DNA of 64,000 bases. Source: Balanoglossus misakiensis (taxonomy: Eukaryota > Animalia > Hemichordata). The notes below the pieces were generated by a model. That model made no database searches. It saw nothing but the letters and a program-made list of their open reading frames with translations, and was not told where the DNA came from. The stretch lies in contig CM082583.2 in NCBI GenBank assembly GCA_040954595.2, positions 1,746,925-1,810,924 of the forward strand, written 5' to 3'. The position numbers and the translations under genes were made by a program. Below are positions 39,176 through 52,341 of the stretch, one piece after another; positions within the stretch are counted from its first letter, which is position 1, and each line of letters begins with the position of its first letter.

Positions 39176-41802
39176 TACGGCCAAATTTAGTATAATCTTT
39201 CCTGGACGAGTTCTCATCTGTTTGAAAACAGAGATCGTGATGGCAGTGATCGAAAGACAGACTATGGACAGAATACAACCAACAAGAGTTAACAGCTGTT
39301 TCAGTTGTGTTTTTGACTTCTGGTTCCAAAACGTAGTCATTCTTTTCTTGGACTGACACACGAAGGCTTGGGAACGGTCTTTCGATAGAACAAACTTTCC
39401 CTATGGATAAACCGATGATTCAACTGAAAGAACGTCGTCGCTTACACGGAAGGTGCCTTCAGAAAATCTCAAAATCACTCCTGTACAACTCGTTATAAAA
39501 TCATCAACGTTTCTGTTCGGAGATTTGCACATTGTGACCATTAGTTGTATATCTGGTGAGGCTGGACTTTTATGCGTGTAATGACTTGTTTTAGACACAA
39601 ATAATTGGGCAAAACGGTGGCGTATGATTTTTTAAAGTAAGTTTCCAAATTAAAACGTAAGTGAGCCAAAAAACTACAGGTCAGATAAATTGTTTTCTCG
39701 TAAATTCAACATTAGAATCAAATTTGGCGTTGGAAACAAACGGCGGGTCGCCAGTTCCTGGTCTGGAGGCTGGTAGAGTCACGTCTTGAAGACTGGCCCC
39801 TATTTTAATAATGGCATTGTCATGACCGGCCAACCTTTGACCTCGGAGACCACAATGTAGAGCTATCGATCAGCTTTTCGCGTTTCAATCAAACATTGCA
39901 ATCACGGGCTAAAATCACTAACTAGTTGATACCTTTTTCGGTGTTTCATCTAACCTTTGAAAGGAGTATAATATAAATTGAAATGACCGCACGTAATGTG
40001 CATTTCTTGTTCACGTGTGGGGACTATATGTGTGCGTAATGATCCAAATGCAAGGGGTTGTGTGAACAGGCCTTAAATAATGAGTTTGCGTTAAATAATG
40101 AGTTTGCGTTAAATAATAAGTTGACAAACGGCGCGAGTGCATTTTTTCATGGTTTAGAAATCACTTATTTATATATAATTCATTATATAATTTAAATCAC
40201 TCATGATATATATATAATAGACTTGCACTTAAATTATTTATAAATCACTCATGATATATATATAATACACTTAATTTTTTTTTATTTATAAATCATTAAT
40301 TAAATATAAATAATTATGTACATCACTCATGATATATATATAATACACTTACATTTTTATTATTTATAAATAATTAATTATATATAAATAAAAGAGCATA
40401 AAATACATTTTATGTATATAATTGAATCGACTTGAAATTATTTATAAATAAATTGTCAGGACTTAAATGGTTTGCAAATCTATAATTACATACATATAAG
40501 TATGTTAAATAACGACTTTTGAACAAATAATTTAGCTAAATAATAAGTTAACACATGGCACCCCATAGTAATTCCATGTTACGTTTGCCATTAGGTTTTC
40601 ATTTACAGTCACGTTGGTGTACTCAAATTTGTGACTCTCAAATGTGACTTGTTCGATTCTGTTACCACAGACGGGGTTCAACATTTCAAAAGTGACCGAC
40701 CTGACGACAAAGCCCGCCATCAGCAATTCTGAGCCGACTTGAGACCAGGTTGCCGCACAGGCTGCTGGGAGAAAATCACCGGTGAAATTGGACTCCACGC
40801 GAACAAGAACGGACAAAGTGACAAGTAAATCACCAAAATCCTCCGCTCTGTCACAATGGTAATGCGAGTTGGAAATGTTATGTGTGTAAATAACGGACAG
40901 ATTTCGTATCAGTGACGTCACGGTTTCTTCGAGGTTGATGAAATCGCACCCGTCCACTTCCACCGATGGCAAAGAAACGCGGAAAGTTAACAAAATGGCG
41001 GGATGTCTCCCGTGAGCTGACGCTACAAAGAAGTCATTCAGCTCCGGCCGTTCTGATAAAGGATTCATTTTCAATTTCGTTATGTCAAAATTGTCGTAAT
41101 CAAAGACGTGTCTCAAAATACATTTTCCTTGTAACATATCAAAGATTCGGCCATGTTCGCAGCTCCATTGCTCTTGAATTCTAATGATATCCATAGTATA
41201 CAGTCGATGTTCTCCCTGTGCGTTGAAGTCAAACAATATATCAAAGGCGGGAAATCGGGGATAGACTATCAACTCAAGCGGCGGTAAACCGCATGTTACA
41301 TAAGAAGGATTGATTGCAACGTCATTGCATATTGCACAATGAATGTTCTTGTAATACATAAATCCCCTAGCTCTCCCGCTTAATACTACGAATACCCCAA
41401 CTACTGCTGAATAACGGTGACACAGCTCAACAATCGTGTCGTTGGGGAAATCAGCAGGGCAGGTGTCAATGGGCCTGAAACATTCAGTTACACCATGCCG
41501 GAGATCGCCCTCGATAAACGGCCTCATTGAACAAAGTTCTGATGACATCAAGAAGGAGACGATAGAGGAAATATTAGTCGACAAAATTTCCATTGGCATA
41601 TCTCTCGGGCATTCCCACTCTAACGACGAAAAGTGCAGGCTCGATTCATTCACACCATTACAAATAGCGCAGTTGATATTTTGGTACACCATTTCACCGA
41701 CAGAGTCAATCACTGGAGTAATATCAAAAACGGACGCATCTGTAATGAAAACGTACAGAAGCTTATTTGGGCCAATTTCTAAAAAATAAAATAAAAATAA
41801 AA

Positions 41803-41881
41803 ATCTCGTAATTACGAGTTTTTATTCTCGTAATTACGAGTTTTTAATCACGTAATTATGAGAATCTCGTAATTACGAGAT
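41803..41881. repeat. Tandem palindromic minisatellite (ctcgtaattacgag)n, intronic
   Basis: Four copies of a 14 bp palindrome. Confidence 0.85.
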
Positions 41882-42572
41882 TTTGTGGGGAATGATTTCT
41901 CAAGATACGGCCGCAGGTTTATTGCGTTAAACACACGCGCGTCACTTGAATAACAGCGCGTCACCCGTTTTTTTTTCCTGTTTTGTGGTGGCGACCACGA
42001 CAAACTCGTACTGCTTCATCTAGATATAAATCACTGGACACCGTCGTTGGAGCGCGTGATCAGTGACTGCATGAACAGTATACATGTGACAATATTGATA
42101 AAACTATAAAACTGACCCTCCTTCCACCCTTGACGGGGAAAAATTAAAATAAAAATTCGCGTCGCAGCACAATTTTTTAAAGAAAGGCCGGCCCAGAAAC
42201 AATTCTGTATTTTGGTCGTACGTCGTTGGCAAGGCCCCTGAGTCGAACCCCCCCCCCCCTCAAAAAAAAAAAAAAAAAAACTAGTGTTACAAAACCCTTG
42301 TGTTTCAATTTTGCAACAACCTATAGTTCCTCGGCTTATTTCTCCCCAAAGTATGGGCGATGTATTGCCGAAGTCGGGGGCGCCAGGCAAAATTTATCCG
42401 GACAATCTTTGAAGCTCTCCCGTTCTTATTCAAATAATTTTATTGGGGAGATTCAGGAAGTTCCATCACAGATTCAAATATAGACAATTAATTTTGTTCA
42501 ATAACATGGCTAATCATGGCAGAAATTGAAACACACAGAAAAAAGAAATGCATAAATTTGGTATTAGTGCAT

Positions 42573-43125
42573 TGTTGTTATTACGCCCGCCCGCCGTCCT
42601 TCGGACGTTCACCTCCTTCGGACGCTTCTGCGGGGAATCAGCCACGTCCGAAGGTTGACGGCGTAACTTCTCTCCATCTCCTTCTCCACCCAACATATTC
42701 ATAAAGTCCGAGAGAGGTACCCGGCAGATCGTAAACCTTTCGTAGACAGAGACTTGCAACAAGTTTTCCGAGTAACACAAAGTTCTGGTTTATTACTGGT
42801 CACACGTAAGAATTACACGACTCGATCCATGCTCGTTGACTCCCATCACGGATCTCCCGTTATAAACGTGTGATCCCAAATTTCACCACACCTTATTAAT
42901 ACGTTAGTCAAGTATTAAGTCATAAAAGGAACACGTCATCTTAATATTTCTTAAACATGAACTTAGCGTGTGATATCTCTATCTCCTTCTGACATGTATC
43001 AATTACACAATCTTGTTTACTCTGGGTCAAGTACCTATGTCAATACTGGACTAAAACCATACAAGTGAATGACTTCTTACTTAATCATAAACAAGATCTA
43101 TGATCGTTAAAACTCAATCGTGACA
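42573..43125 (-). mobile_element. Solo LTR with 4 bp TSD (Gypsy-type) in GPCR intron 1
   Basis: gcat|TGTTGTTATTAC...CGTGACA|gcat. Homologous to 28690-29232. Confidence 0.88.
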
Positions 43126-45777
43126 GCATATGTGTAACTTTAAAAATCCAATGTCATCATAAACGGGCTTCATCTGTACATTTTTCCTGTTCCTGTTTGC
43201 AATGACAAACGCAACAGGTACCTTCGAATTTTGACTTATGCATGGTGTCAGTATTTCAGCGCGGTGAGGGCAACCTCACGATTTGCATCCTACACGAGGG
43301 ATGGTAGTCTAGCATCCAGCCGTATTTCTCCACTTTGCTGAGCGGGCAAAACACGGCTAGAAACTAGACTAGAGGGATGGCGATCGTCTGGCTGCTTTCC
43401 GAAGTAGACCGAAAAGGTCAAACTGACAAAGAGTGACACAAGTAAGATTGGTCTTACCACTGGCGGTTTCACACCGCTGACGGACATTCTCGTGTGGCCA
43501 GTCTCTGGGACATGTGTGCGTCGCCATGACGTCATGCCTCCCACCAGTAGCGGGCATACAATATTCTGGCAGCCATATTTCATCGGGGTCAGGCACCTGT
43601 CTGCTGTCACCAAAGCATCTGTCTATGTAATCGTGACAGCAGTCTTCCCGCACTAAGCATTCAGGCTCACAGCTACACATTGTATTTTCATAGTCTCTCA
43701 GCTTCACGGTGGCGATGCCGTTGCAAACAAGGCCGCTCGGCGTGAGGCACGAGTCCATACGAAATCCCGTGCTTGGATAACGGCACTGCAATGACTGTGC
43801 ATCTATGTTGTAATACACAGGAGGTGGAGTTGGCGCGGCTGTGCGGCGTGACGTCACTGGCGGGCGGGAACCTGTTACTGTTGACGGTGAGAAGGGACCC
43901 GACGTTGTCGTTACGGTGTTCGTTTCTTGAGACTTTGGTTGAGCGGTTGTTGCCAAAGGTCTCACGTTGTCGAAAGAGGAGTCTTCAATCGTTGTCGACT
44001 GTAATGTTGGATTGATCGTCGCTAGATTTGAGGTTAGGCTGGGCCGGGATGTAGTGCTTCGTGGAGATATTGGCACGGTCTTCGTCTTGCTGGGGGTCTG
44101 TCGAGAGAGTTTTGTCAAAGGCGCGCTGCTCGTGAAATCCTGCTGTTTCCTGCTGGTCGTCATTACAGTGGATCTTGAGGACGTCGTTTCATAGCCCGTA
44201 CCAGTTGCACGCGTCCATACCATCAACTGATCTCCGTTGATGATTAAAACCAAGCAGCAATAACACCAAACTGCCTTCATAATGAATACGTCATTAAATA
44301 TGGAATAACACCCAGAAAGATTGATTTAAAAAAAAATAAGACAAAATTGACTTTGATGATTTCTGAAGTAAAATTTGTCAGCCACATCACACCCCCGTCC
44401 AAAATCACACCACACCCGTAACGAATAAACAACCCGGTGTCCGTAATCGGCCACGCTATACATTAGAAGAGGCGTAAAACATATCAACGGAAGTAGCCAA
44501 AACTATGTGCAAACATAAACATATCATAACACCAACTTAAACATTTTACTATTATGTTTGACTCTGTTCAGTTTCAGTTCTTACAGTTACAGTCACATTT
44601 GGTATTTTGTAACACAACTTCAGCGGTAAATAACGAGACGCCGTGCACATCGCCGGGCGCGACAATTCCATGCTGAGAAACGTCGTCGAATTTTCCAGCT
44701 TTGATTTGACACGTACGTAAATGCATTTTAGTGTGCATACATTTGCGTGCCAAGCAAAGTCCGCATGCAGTGTTGAACATAAACTTACCACAATTGAGAA
44801 CAAGTCTCTCGGACAGTCAGTTGCCTGATATACCTGAGTTAGTGGCTTGTTGATTGCTCCCACAAAATCTTCCCTCAAAATATTCGTAAGCTTTGGTGAC
44901 AGATTCGATGTATATATATGTTGGTATATGATTAAAATGATTGGTCTCCAAGGTTGTGTTTTACGTATGCGCTTCCTAAGATATCGAACCAATAGAAATC
45001 ACTGTCACCAACCATCGGCTAGCCAATAGAAATCGTTGTCACCAACTTTATAGTTACATAAATTCGTACAGCGCATGCGTAAAACTTTTGTTGACGGAAA
45101 ATCAACAGGTAAAATGTCACTTCTGCCGGTTATTCATTTTGGCGATTTTTTCATTCTCGATTCTACAAGTCGGTTGGAAGTTGTGTGTTGTTGAACATTA
45201 ATTCACTTTACATGTATATCCACATGTGCGTTAGCATAAACGGTGACTTGTATCAAATATAATTAATGAAAAAAGGGCAGCGAGAGAGAGACTTTGTCCC
45301 TTTAATCCTACATGCATTACAGGGATACCTCCAACTCTATAGTCGACACCATTTTCAATGTGTTGTCTCAATGTTTTGTCTCAGCATTCTCAAAACTTAA
45401 TGTTATAGATATATGAAAGTTTACATTTATTGAATGTTTATGGTCAGTAATACAATCACAATAATCATCAAATGAAGCAACATGCCATCTTCATGAAATC
45501 ACCAGTGTGTGCACGTGTACATCGGTAGCGTTTGGATAACTTGTCCTGGAACATGGAGTAGTGGCGAGTTTGCATACGAAGATCATCTAGTACTGCATGT
45601 TAATGCCAATAAGCTAGGTGCCCTGTTTCTACAGAAACCAGACTCGCCGGTTTCGACGCAGTAAAGTTAAGTCAGTGAGTGTGCACGTGTACAACAAATT
45701 AGAGCCGGGATGTATTTGGAGGTTAATACAGACGAGTGATGAAGAGCAAAAGTGATTTTCTCCGCTGACGTGTTTAA

Positions 45778-46078
45778 GGGCCTGGTCAGAACTAACAGGG
45801 GGGGGGGGGGGGGGCAAGTCCCCTGACCTGGGACGTTAGATAAACCAGTCAATGATTGAAAGGTGTTGATGAATGAAGGGGGTGGGTGGAAAAAAAATGA
45901 ATTATGAAGGGTTCTCAAAACATTTTCGGTGTCATCCTTGCACAAAAATTAGTGATCCTCCCCCTGACTCATGCCCAAAATGCAGCGGCCCTCCCCCAAA
46001 CTGTTGCATGAAAAATGGTGACCCTCCCCCCAATCGCACCAGCCCCCCCCCCCCCCCCTGTTAATTCTGACCAGGTCC
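45778..46078. mobile_element. PIF/Harbinger-type MITE
   Basis: taa|gggcctggtcagaactaacagggg...cccctgttaattctgaccaggtcc|taa. Confidence 0.8.
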
Positions 46079-47702
46079 TAATAATCACGTGAAGTAAAAT
46101 TTACCGAGAGCGCGCATTGAAACGGCTTAGGGCTGAGAGATAAAAAATAATTTGTTTCGAAGGTGCACACGATTCAGACCCGAGGGTACTGGTCCATCTC
46201 TGGAAGAGATGTAATCACCATTTGTGAGAGTAATCAACCAAATGGGACAGTTCTTCTCCCAGCCTTGAATTTCCGAAAATCTCAACGGCTTTCTTCATTT
46301 TAAATGGAGGGTGTGGCCGGTTTCAAAGCGCGACTGCTTTGAACTGGCTGCTGGTGGATCATCGTGGTGTTCCTGGAGGGAATTCTCGAGACTTGAATAT
46401 ACCTTCGAGTTTCCTGTATACGCAGATATTCATGCAAATTAGGGTTCATTTTCCTGTGGGGGAAAATGCACCGGCTGTCTAAGTAGCGTCATTTAAGCGA
46501 TTACGGTGGCGAGAGGAGACTTTAATAGACATGGTGAGGCATCGATATTGTGACGTTTCATCGTGACGGCGTATACACCGCCCCGGGTGAACTGTCAGTT
46601 AATACAACTATCACAGTGTTGGCATATGAAACCTGTGCGGGTTAAAAAACGAAAAGTTCAACATTTAGTATTTATAGAAACTGTACTGCTACTAAAGTCA
46701 ACCATAGTTTTAAATGGAACATTTCTTTTTTTCGTTGAAAAGAACAACGGAAGTCTGTTTCCGCCACACACGAAAATCACCCATTAATTTCAAGTATTTT
46801 TGGCTTTGCCATCTTTGCACTATCGCCTTGCAATGATTTTATCTACATCAGCGATGTAGTTTTTCTACCTGAAAATCGAAGAAAACTACATATTTCGGGG
46901 GCATCTGTTGGTACAAAAAGTTTGTTCATAATATTCATGCATTAGGCCAGAGAGAATAAAAATCTTGTTCATCGGATTTTTGGACCAAGTTCCAGGAGCG
47001 GCGAGCGAATATTTTTTTAGGCTGAAGGTAAATGCGGTTCTCTGGCATATTTGCATAGATGCAGACAGGACGAGATAATTGTTTCCCTTTTTACCGGAAA
47101 TATCTCAGACAAAAACACTGATACATGTACTTGTAACTGAATTCAATACTATATTTCCCAACAATAACATAGGCCATTACATTTACAGTTGGTGTTAATT
47201 TGCACAACATATTCTGGCCACCAGCGCCAGTACTAAGAATTTGGAACGCGGAAGTAGAATATTTGCCTAGATCCAATTTTTTTTTCCAAATCAGCCAAAG
47301 TAGAAGCGGCGATTCCAATGAACAATTTATTTTTTCTTCCTGTCCTTACCTGTGTTTTTTTTTTTTTTTTTATCTTCCTATTAACCTTTGCGTGCTTAAA
47401 TAAAGACACGCGATTTCAGTATTTTCGATATTGGAAGGGTATACCCATCAAGATAGCCCAACGACTCCGATATATAGAGTCGGAAAAGATCACATCACAG
47501 CAGAAAAGCAGAGGAAGGTCGCCCGTGGTGGTCATTCATACATACATTTTGTGTAGTAATTACTTATCTCAAGGTAACTCCCGTAATCCCCTTAGGACAT
47601 AACCTCTTCTTGTCGAACACGTGATCCTGAAGTCATTGACCAATAGCACAGTGACTAAGCACGTGATTCTGAAGTCATTGACCAACAATATCACAATGAC
47701 TA

Positions 47703-47787
47703 CTCTCTCTCTCTCTCTCTCTCTCTCCCCCCTCTCTCTCTCTCTCTCCCTCCCTCCCTCCCTCCCTCACCCCACTCTCTCTCTCTG
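47703..47787. repeat. (CT)n/(CCCT)n microsatellite
   Basis: Directly visible. Confidence 0.95.
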
Positions 47788-47900
47788 ATGCAGGCGAGAG
47801 GGTCATTTAAGACATGTACAAAAGACTATTAATGTCATGAAATCCGCGCTTCTATTACCGTCAACTGAATCCCACCACAAGACAAGTACTTGATTGAAAC

Positions 47901-48021
47901 ATGTATGTATGTATGTATGTATGTATGTATGTATGTATGTATGTATGTATGTATGTATGTATGTATGTATGTATGTATGTATGTATGTATGTATGTATGT
48001 ATGTATGTATGTATGTATGTA

Positions 48022-48097
<76 letters not shown>
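47901..48097. repeat. Compound (ATGT)n(CTGT)n microsatellite
   Basis: Directly visible. Confidence 0.97.
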
Positions 48098-48098
<1 letters not shown>

Positions 48099-48912
48099 TG
48101 AAATTGAAGAAAGTACTCAGATTTTAGCATGGTTCTCACTCACATGAATGCTGGCATCTGTGTTGACAGGTAGACCACAATATTGCGTGGTGGCTTGCTG
48201 GGAATAAACGGTGTCTCCTCTGAACAGTTGCCACAGATAAACAGGCCCACAGCAGATGAGTTGATTTCAGGAGGTGGCACTCCCCTTTTGAATGCTGGCA
48301 TCTGTGTTGACAACGCAGATCCACTTCTCTGGCATATGTGTCAGCATCATGTTGCAGACAAGTTGTGTACTGTTTTTCTGGGTGAAGAAATGAAATTGAC
48401 ATCATTGGTAAATCTAAAACGGACTGGTTACTCCACTGAAATTCAGCCTAAGTCTGTGTGATACGCAACTCAGACCAACTCAGCTCAGCTCACATGGCGC
48501 GTTGAATTAATCATTCGTTTGCCAGACGGCCTTATTTGACCCCCCTGTTTACATGGCCTGTGAGGGCGTACTTTACGCGTTAATTTCTGGCAAGGCCTTC
48601 CAACCCTCAGTGGTGATCTCTTCACAGCTGTATTATGCTAGCTGTTTTAAAAGAACAGTGTCTTCTAAAATAAATCTAGATTGTTCCTTATGAATAAAAT
48701 CTCAACGAGACAAAACTCATTCAAAAGGGTTGTCTATAGGCTACTTTCAAATTGGACATTTCGTTAATACAGTCAGAAACAGTGTTAATTTTAAAATGTT
48801 TGGGCCGGCTGCATTGTCAATAACACCGAGATTACCCACGCGCCGCAAATTATTGATGAAAGCGTTTCAACTGCAGGGTCACACAATACATATCAAATGA
48901 GAAGATGATTAC

Positions 48913-49302
48913 TCACCTTAGGCACCTGGGTTCGTGGTGACACTCCCCTTTTGGGGAGCGAAAGCACGTCTTTCGTGAAATGTTTTGGAGTCGCATTTCC
49001 TGGACAATGTGCTCTGGGCGGATGCATAGCTTTTCGTTGCAAAGATGAGAACACTCCAACTGTCTGCCCACCAATTGCACCCCGTTAATTAGGAGTGCAA
49101 TGTGATGGACATAGGCGGTTAGAGTGTTCTCATCTTTGAACGTAATTGAGCCATAGCCGTTACGACAAGCTGCACCCGTCCAGAGCACACAGTCGCCGGA
49201 AACGCGACTCCTTCTGGCGAGGATGCCGCTCAAACGCTCCTTGGCGTTAGCTGAGATGCCGTTGAGCTTGGCCGAAGTATAGAGCAAGTTGACTTCTGCC
49301 AA
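48913..49302 (-). CDS. His-Cys box (His-Me finger, I-PpoI-like) endonuclease ORF, no in-frame ATG start
   Basis: CVLWTGA..NGYG, AYVHH, CSHLCNEKLCIRPEHIVQE...NISRKTC...CHHEPRC match the zinc-binding-loop homing endonuclease pattern SHLC-x4-C-x2-P-x-H...N..R..C..C-x-H-x-P-x-C. The frame opens at TTG GCA with a TGA three codons upstream. Confidence 0.8.
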   Translation of the reverse strand: MAEVNLLYTSAKLNGISANAKERLSGILARRSRVSGDCVLWTGAACRNGYGSITFKDENTLTAYVHHIALLINGVQLVGRQLECSHLCNEKLCIRPEHIVQEMRLQNISRKTCFRSPKGECHHEPRCLR

Positions 49303-50085
49303 GCAAGATCAAATGACAGTGTTTACGCAAGATGCCGTAAATCAGCGAAAAGGCGCGGCGAATGATGTGGGAGAGCGTCATATAATTGGCTATGTACTAG
49401 TCAAATTTGGGCTGACAAGATGCTGCCCACCAAGAGCTCGCGGCAAACGTCTAAAGCCTCTTTTAATGTGATCAATTTACACCCGTGACATAATTAATAG
49501 GTTTGGGTTTTCAGAAGTGTCTCTGCGTCAAAATGCCAAGCAAATAACATGTAAATTCATCATCGTTGGAAAACGAATATAACAGTCATATCTTTTAGAC
49601 CATCCTCTGTTTATTAGGCCCCTATTGCAATTAATTACCGTCCCTATCTTATATTGGAGGGAACGGGTTTGTCTTGGCATGTTATGCAAAACACTTGAAA
49701 GATGAATTTAAAAAAAAAAAAAATGACGTTTATGACATACAGATGTAACCGACCCCATAAGGTCCCAATGATATATATTTACATCATACACCAAATTGGA
49801 CTTAAAAACCAAAAATTGAAAGCCGCTGGAGTTTCTGCGACTATGAACTCAACGTAAGCTGGACACTACTCACTCCGAGCCCGACCTGGTAATTTGTATG
49901 TTGTCCATCGAGCGCCTATAGCTTAGACCTATACAGGAGAGAACGGTTTATGAAGTTATGTTCAACAAAAATATATGATCATGGAATTAAAGAATTTGGA
50001 GATAAAAAATATAATTAAAAATGGACGTTTACGACGACAAAAAGGAAGACTGTTTAATGCAAAAGTTAAGAAAAAGGAAAAATTC

Positions 50086-50205
50086 AAGCCTACGGCACGT
50101 GGTATTCCCAGGCGGTCACCCATCCAAGTACTAACCACGCCCAACGCAGCTTAACTTCGGTGATCGGACGAGAACCGGTGTATTCGACGTGGTATGGCCG
50201 TAGGC
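50086..50205 (-). rRNA. 5S rRNA (copy 1)
   Basis: GCCTACGGCCATACCACG...GATCACCGAAGTTAAGC...GTACTTGGATGGGTGACCGCCTGGGAATAC...GTAGGCTT, 120 nt, with intact A and C boxes and a T-run terminator. Confidence 0.98.
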
Positions 50206-51152
50206 AAACACTGCTTGAATTTCTACAATTATTAAGCAAACGGAAGCTTCACTAACACATAGGCGTACACACAGAGCACGCGGCACGATAATTGTGTGCG
50301 TGGCCAGCTGATTGACCGACCCTATCTTATAATTTATATGGGAGAGAGCGGTTTTGTCTTGTTATATCCTACAAAAAGTGACCATATTAAAGTGGAGAAA
50401 TAATGACCTGATAATTTGTGTGGCCGATCGACCGTCACTATCTAAGGCCTATATTGGTATGTTATGCAAGACACACTATTCGAAATAACGCCTGTCCGAC
50501 AGTCCGAGACTGGTTGTTTTTCCATCAGACTGATAGTAAAAAAGTTACCAGTCCGGCGGACAGGTTGAATTTAGCGTGGAGTTGACTTGTTTGCGGTATC
50601 ATAGACGTACGTGACCCCATCGTGACCCTGGCTGTCCGGGATAGCACCACCAACGATATATTTTAGACCATCCTCTGTTTATTAGCCCCCTATTGCAATT
50701 AATTACCGTCCCTATCTTATATTGGAGGGGACGGGTTTGTCTTGGCATTTTATGCAAAACACTTGAAAGATGAATTTTTTTTTTTAAAAATGACGTTTAT
50801 GACATACAGATGTAACCGACCCCATAAGGTCCCAATGATATATATTTACATCATACACCAAATTGGACTTAAAAACCAAAAATTGACAGCCGCTGGAGTT
50901 TCTGCGACTATGAACTCAACGTAAGCTGGACACTACTCACTCCGAGCCCGACCTGGTAATTTGTATGTTGTCCATCGAGCGCCTATAGCTTAGACCTATA
51001 CAGGAGAGAACGGTTTATGAAGTTATGTTCAACAAAAATATATGATCATGGAATTAAAGAATTTGGAGAAAAAAAATATAATTAAAAATGGACGTTTACG
51101 ACGACAAAAAGGAAGACTGTTTAATGCAAAAGTTAAGAAAAAGGAAAAATTC

Positions 51153-51272
51153 AAGCCTACGGCACGTGGTATTCCCAAGCGGTCACCCATCCAAGTACTA
51201 ACCACGCCCAACGCAGCTTAACTTCGGTGATCGGACGAGAACCGGTGTATTCGACGTGGTATGGCCGTAGGC
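51153..51272 (-). rRNA. 5S rRNA (copy 2, one SNP)
   Basis: As copy 1; cccaagc instead of cccaggc on the + strand. Confidence 0.97.
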
Positions 51273-52221
51273 AAACACTGCTTGAATTTCTACAATTATT
51301 AAGCAAACGGAAGCTTCACTAACACATAGGCGTACACACAGAGCACGCGGCACGATAATTGTGTGCGTGGCCAGCTGATTGACCGACCCTATCTTATAAT
51401 TTATATGGGAGAGAGCGGTTTTGTCTTGTTATATCCTACAAAAAGTGACCATATTAAAGTGGAGAAATAATGACCTGATAATTTGTGTGGCCGATCGACC
51501 GTCCCTATGTAAGGCCTATATTGGTATGTTATGCAAGACACACTATTCGAAATAACGCCTGTCCGACAGTCCGAGAATGGTTGTTTTTCCATCAGACTGA
51601 TAGTAAAAAAGTTACCAGTCCGGCGGACAGGTTGAATTTAGTGTGGAGTTGACTTGTTTGCGGTATCAAAGACGTACGTGACCCCATCGTGACCCTGGCT
51701 GTCCGGGATAGCACCACCAACGATATCTTTTAGACCATCCTCTGTTTATTAGGCCCCTATTGCAATTAATTACCGTCCCTATCTTATATTGGAGGGAACG
51801 GGTTTGTCTTGGCATGTTATGCAAATTAAACACTTGAAAGATGATTTTTTTTTTTTTAAATAACGTTTATGACATACAGATGTAACCGACCCCATAAGGT
51901 CCCAATGGTATATATTTACATCATACACCAAATTGGACTTAAAAACCAAAAATTGAAAGCCGCTGGAGTTTCTGCGACTATGAACTCAACGTAAAGTGGA
52001 CACTACTCACTCCGAGCCCGACCTGGTAATTTGTATGTTGTCCATCGAGCGCCTATAGCTTAGACCTATACAGGAGAGAACGGTTTATGAAGTTATGTTC
52101 AACAAAAATATATGATCATGGAATTAAAGAATTTGGAGAAAAAAATATAATTAAAAATGGACGTTTACGACGACAAAAAGGAAGACTGTTTAATGCAAAA
52201 GTTAAGAAAAAGGAAAAATTC

Positions 52222-52341
52222 AAGCCTACGGCACGTGGTATTCCCAGGCGGTCAACCATCCAAGTACTAACCACGCCCAACGCAGCTTAACTTCGGTGAT
52301 CGGACGAGAACCGGTGTATTCGACGTGTTATGGCCGTAGGC
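52222..52341 (-). rRNA. 5S rRNA (copy 3, two SNPs)
   Basis: As copy 1; gtcaacc and gtgtta variants. Confidence 0.96.

Larger units (their letters stand above)
39173..44280 (-). pseudogene. Somatomedin-B-domain Methuselah/adhesion-like (class B) GPCR, truncated after TM1
   Basis: Exon 1 (44280-43458): signal peptide, Ser/Thr stalk, SMB motif CSCEPECLVREDCCHDY. Phase-1 intron, then exon 2 from 41739 with YQNINCAICN/YKNIHCAICN repeats. Segment ~39600-39173 has an in-frame TAG (39401-39403), then AFVC and TM1 LTLVGCILSIVCLSITAITI...PGKIILNL, cut by transposon DNA. Confidence 0.8.

Noticed and set aside
28690-43125. One 14 kb LTR retrotransposon bounded by the two LTRs
   Set aside because: The right LTR has its own TSD, there is no shared TSD, and no gag/pol lies between them.
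47861-48147. YVCM/QTDR repeat proteins
   Set aside because: Microsatellite translations.
48136-48461. Short ORFs with a repeated 23-mer (gaatgctggcatctgtgttgaca) near the endonuclease
   Set aside because: No recognisable domain and no convincing splice link to the endonuclease frame.
50405-50430. Sm-site-like ataatttgtg suggesting U1 or SL RNA in the 5S spacer
   Set aside because: No recognisable U1, U2, U5 or SL sequence surrounds it, and the motif belongs to a degenerate spacer subrepeat.
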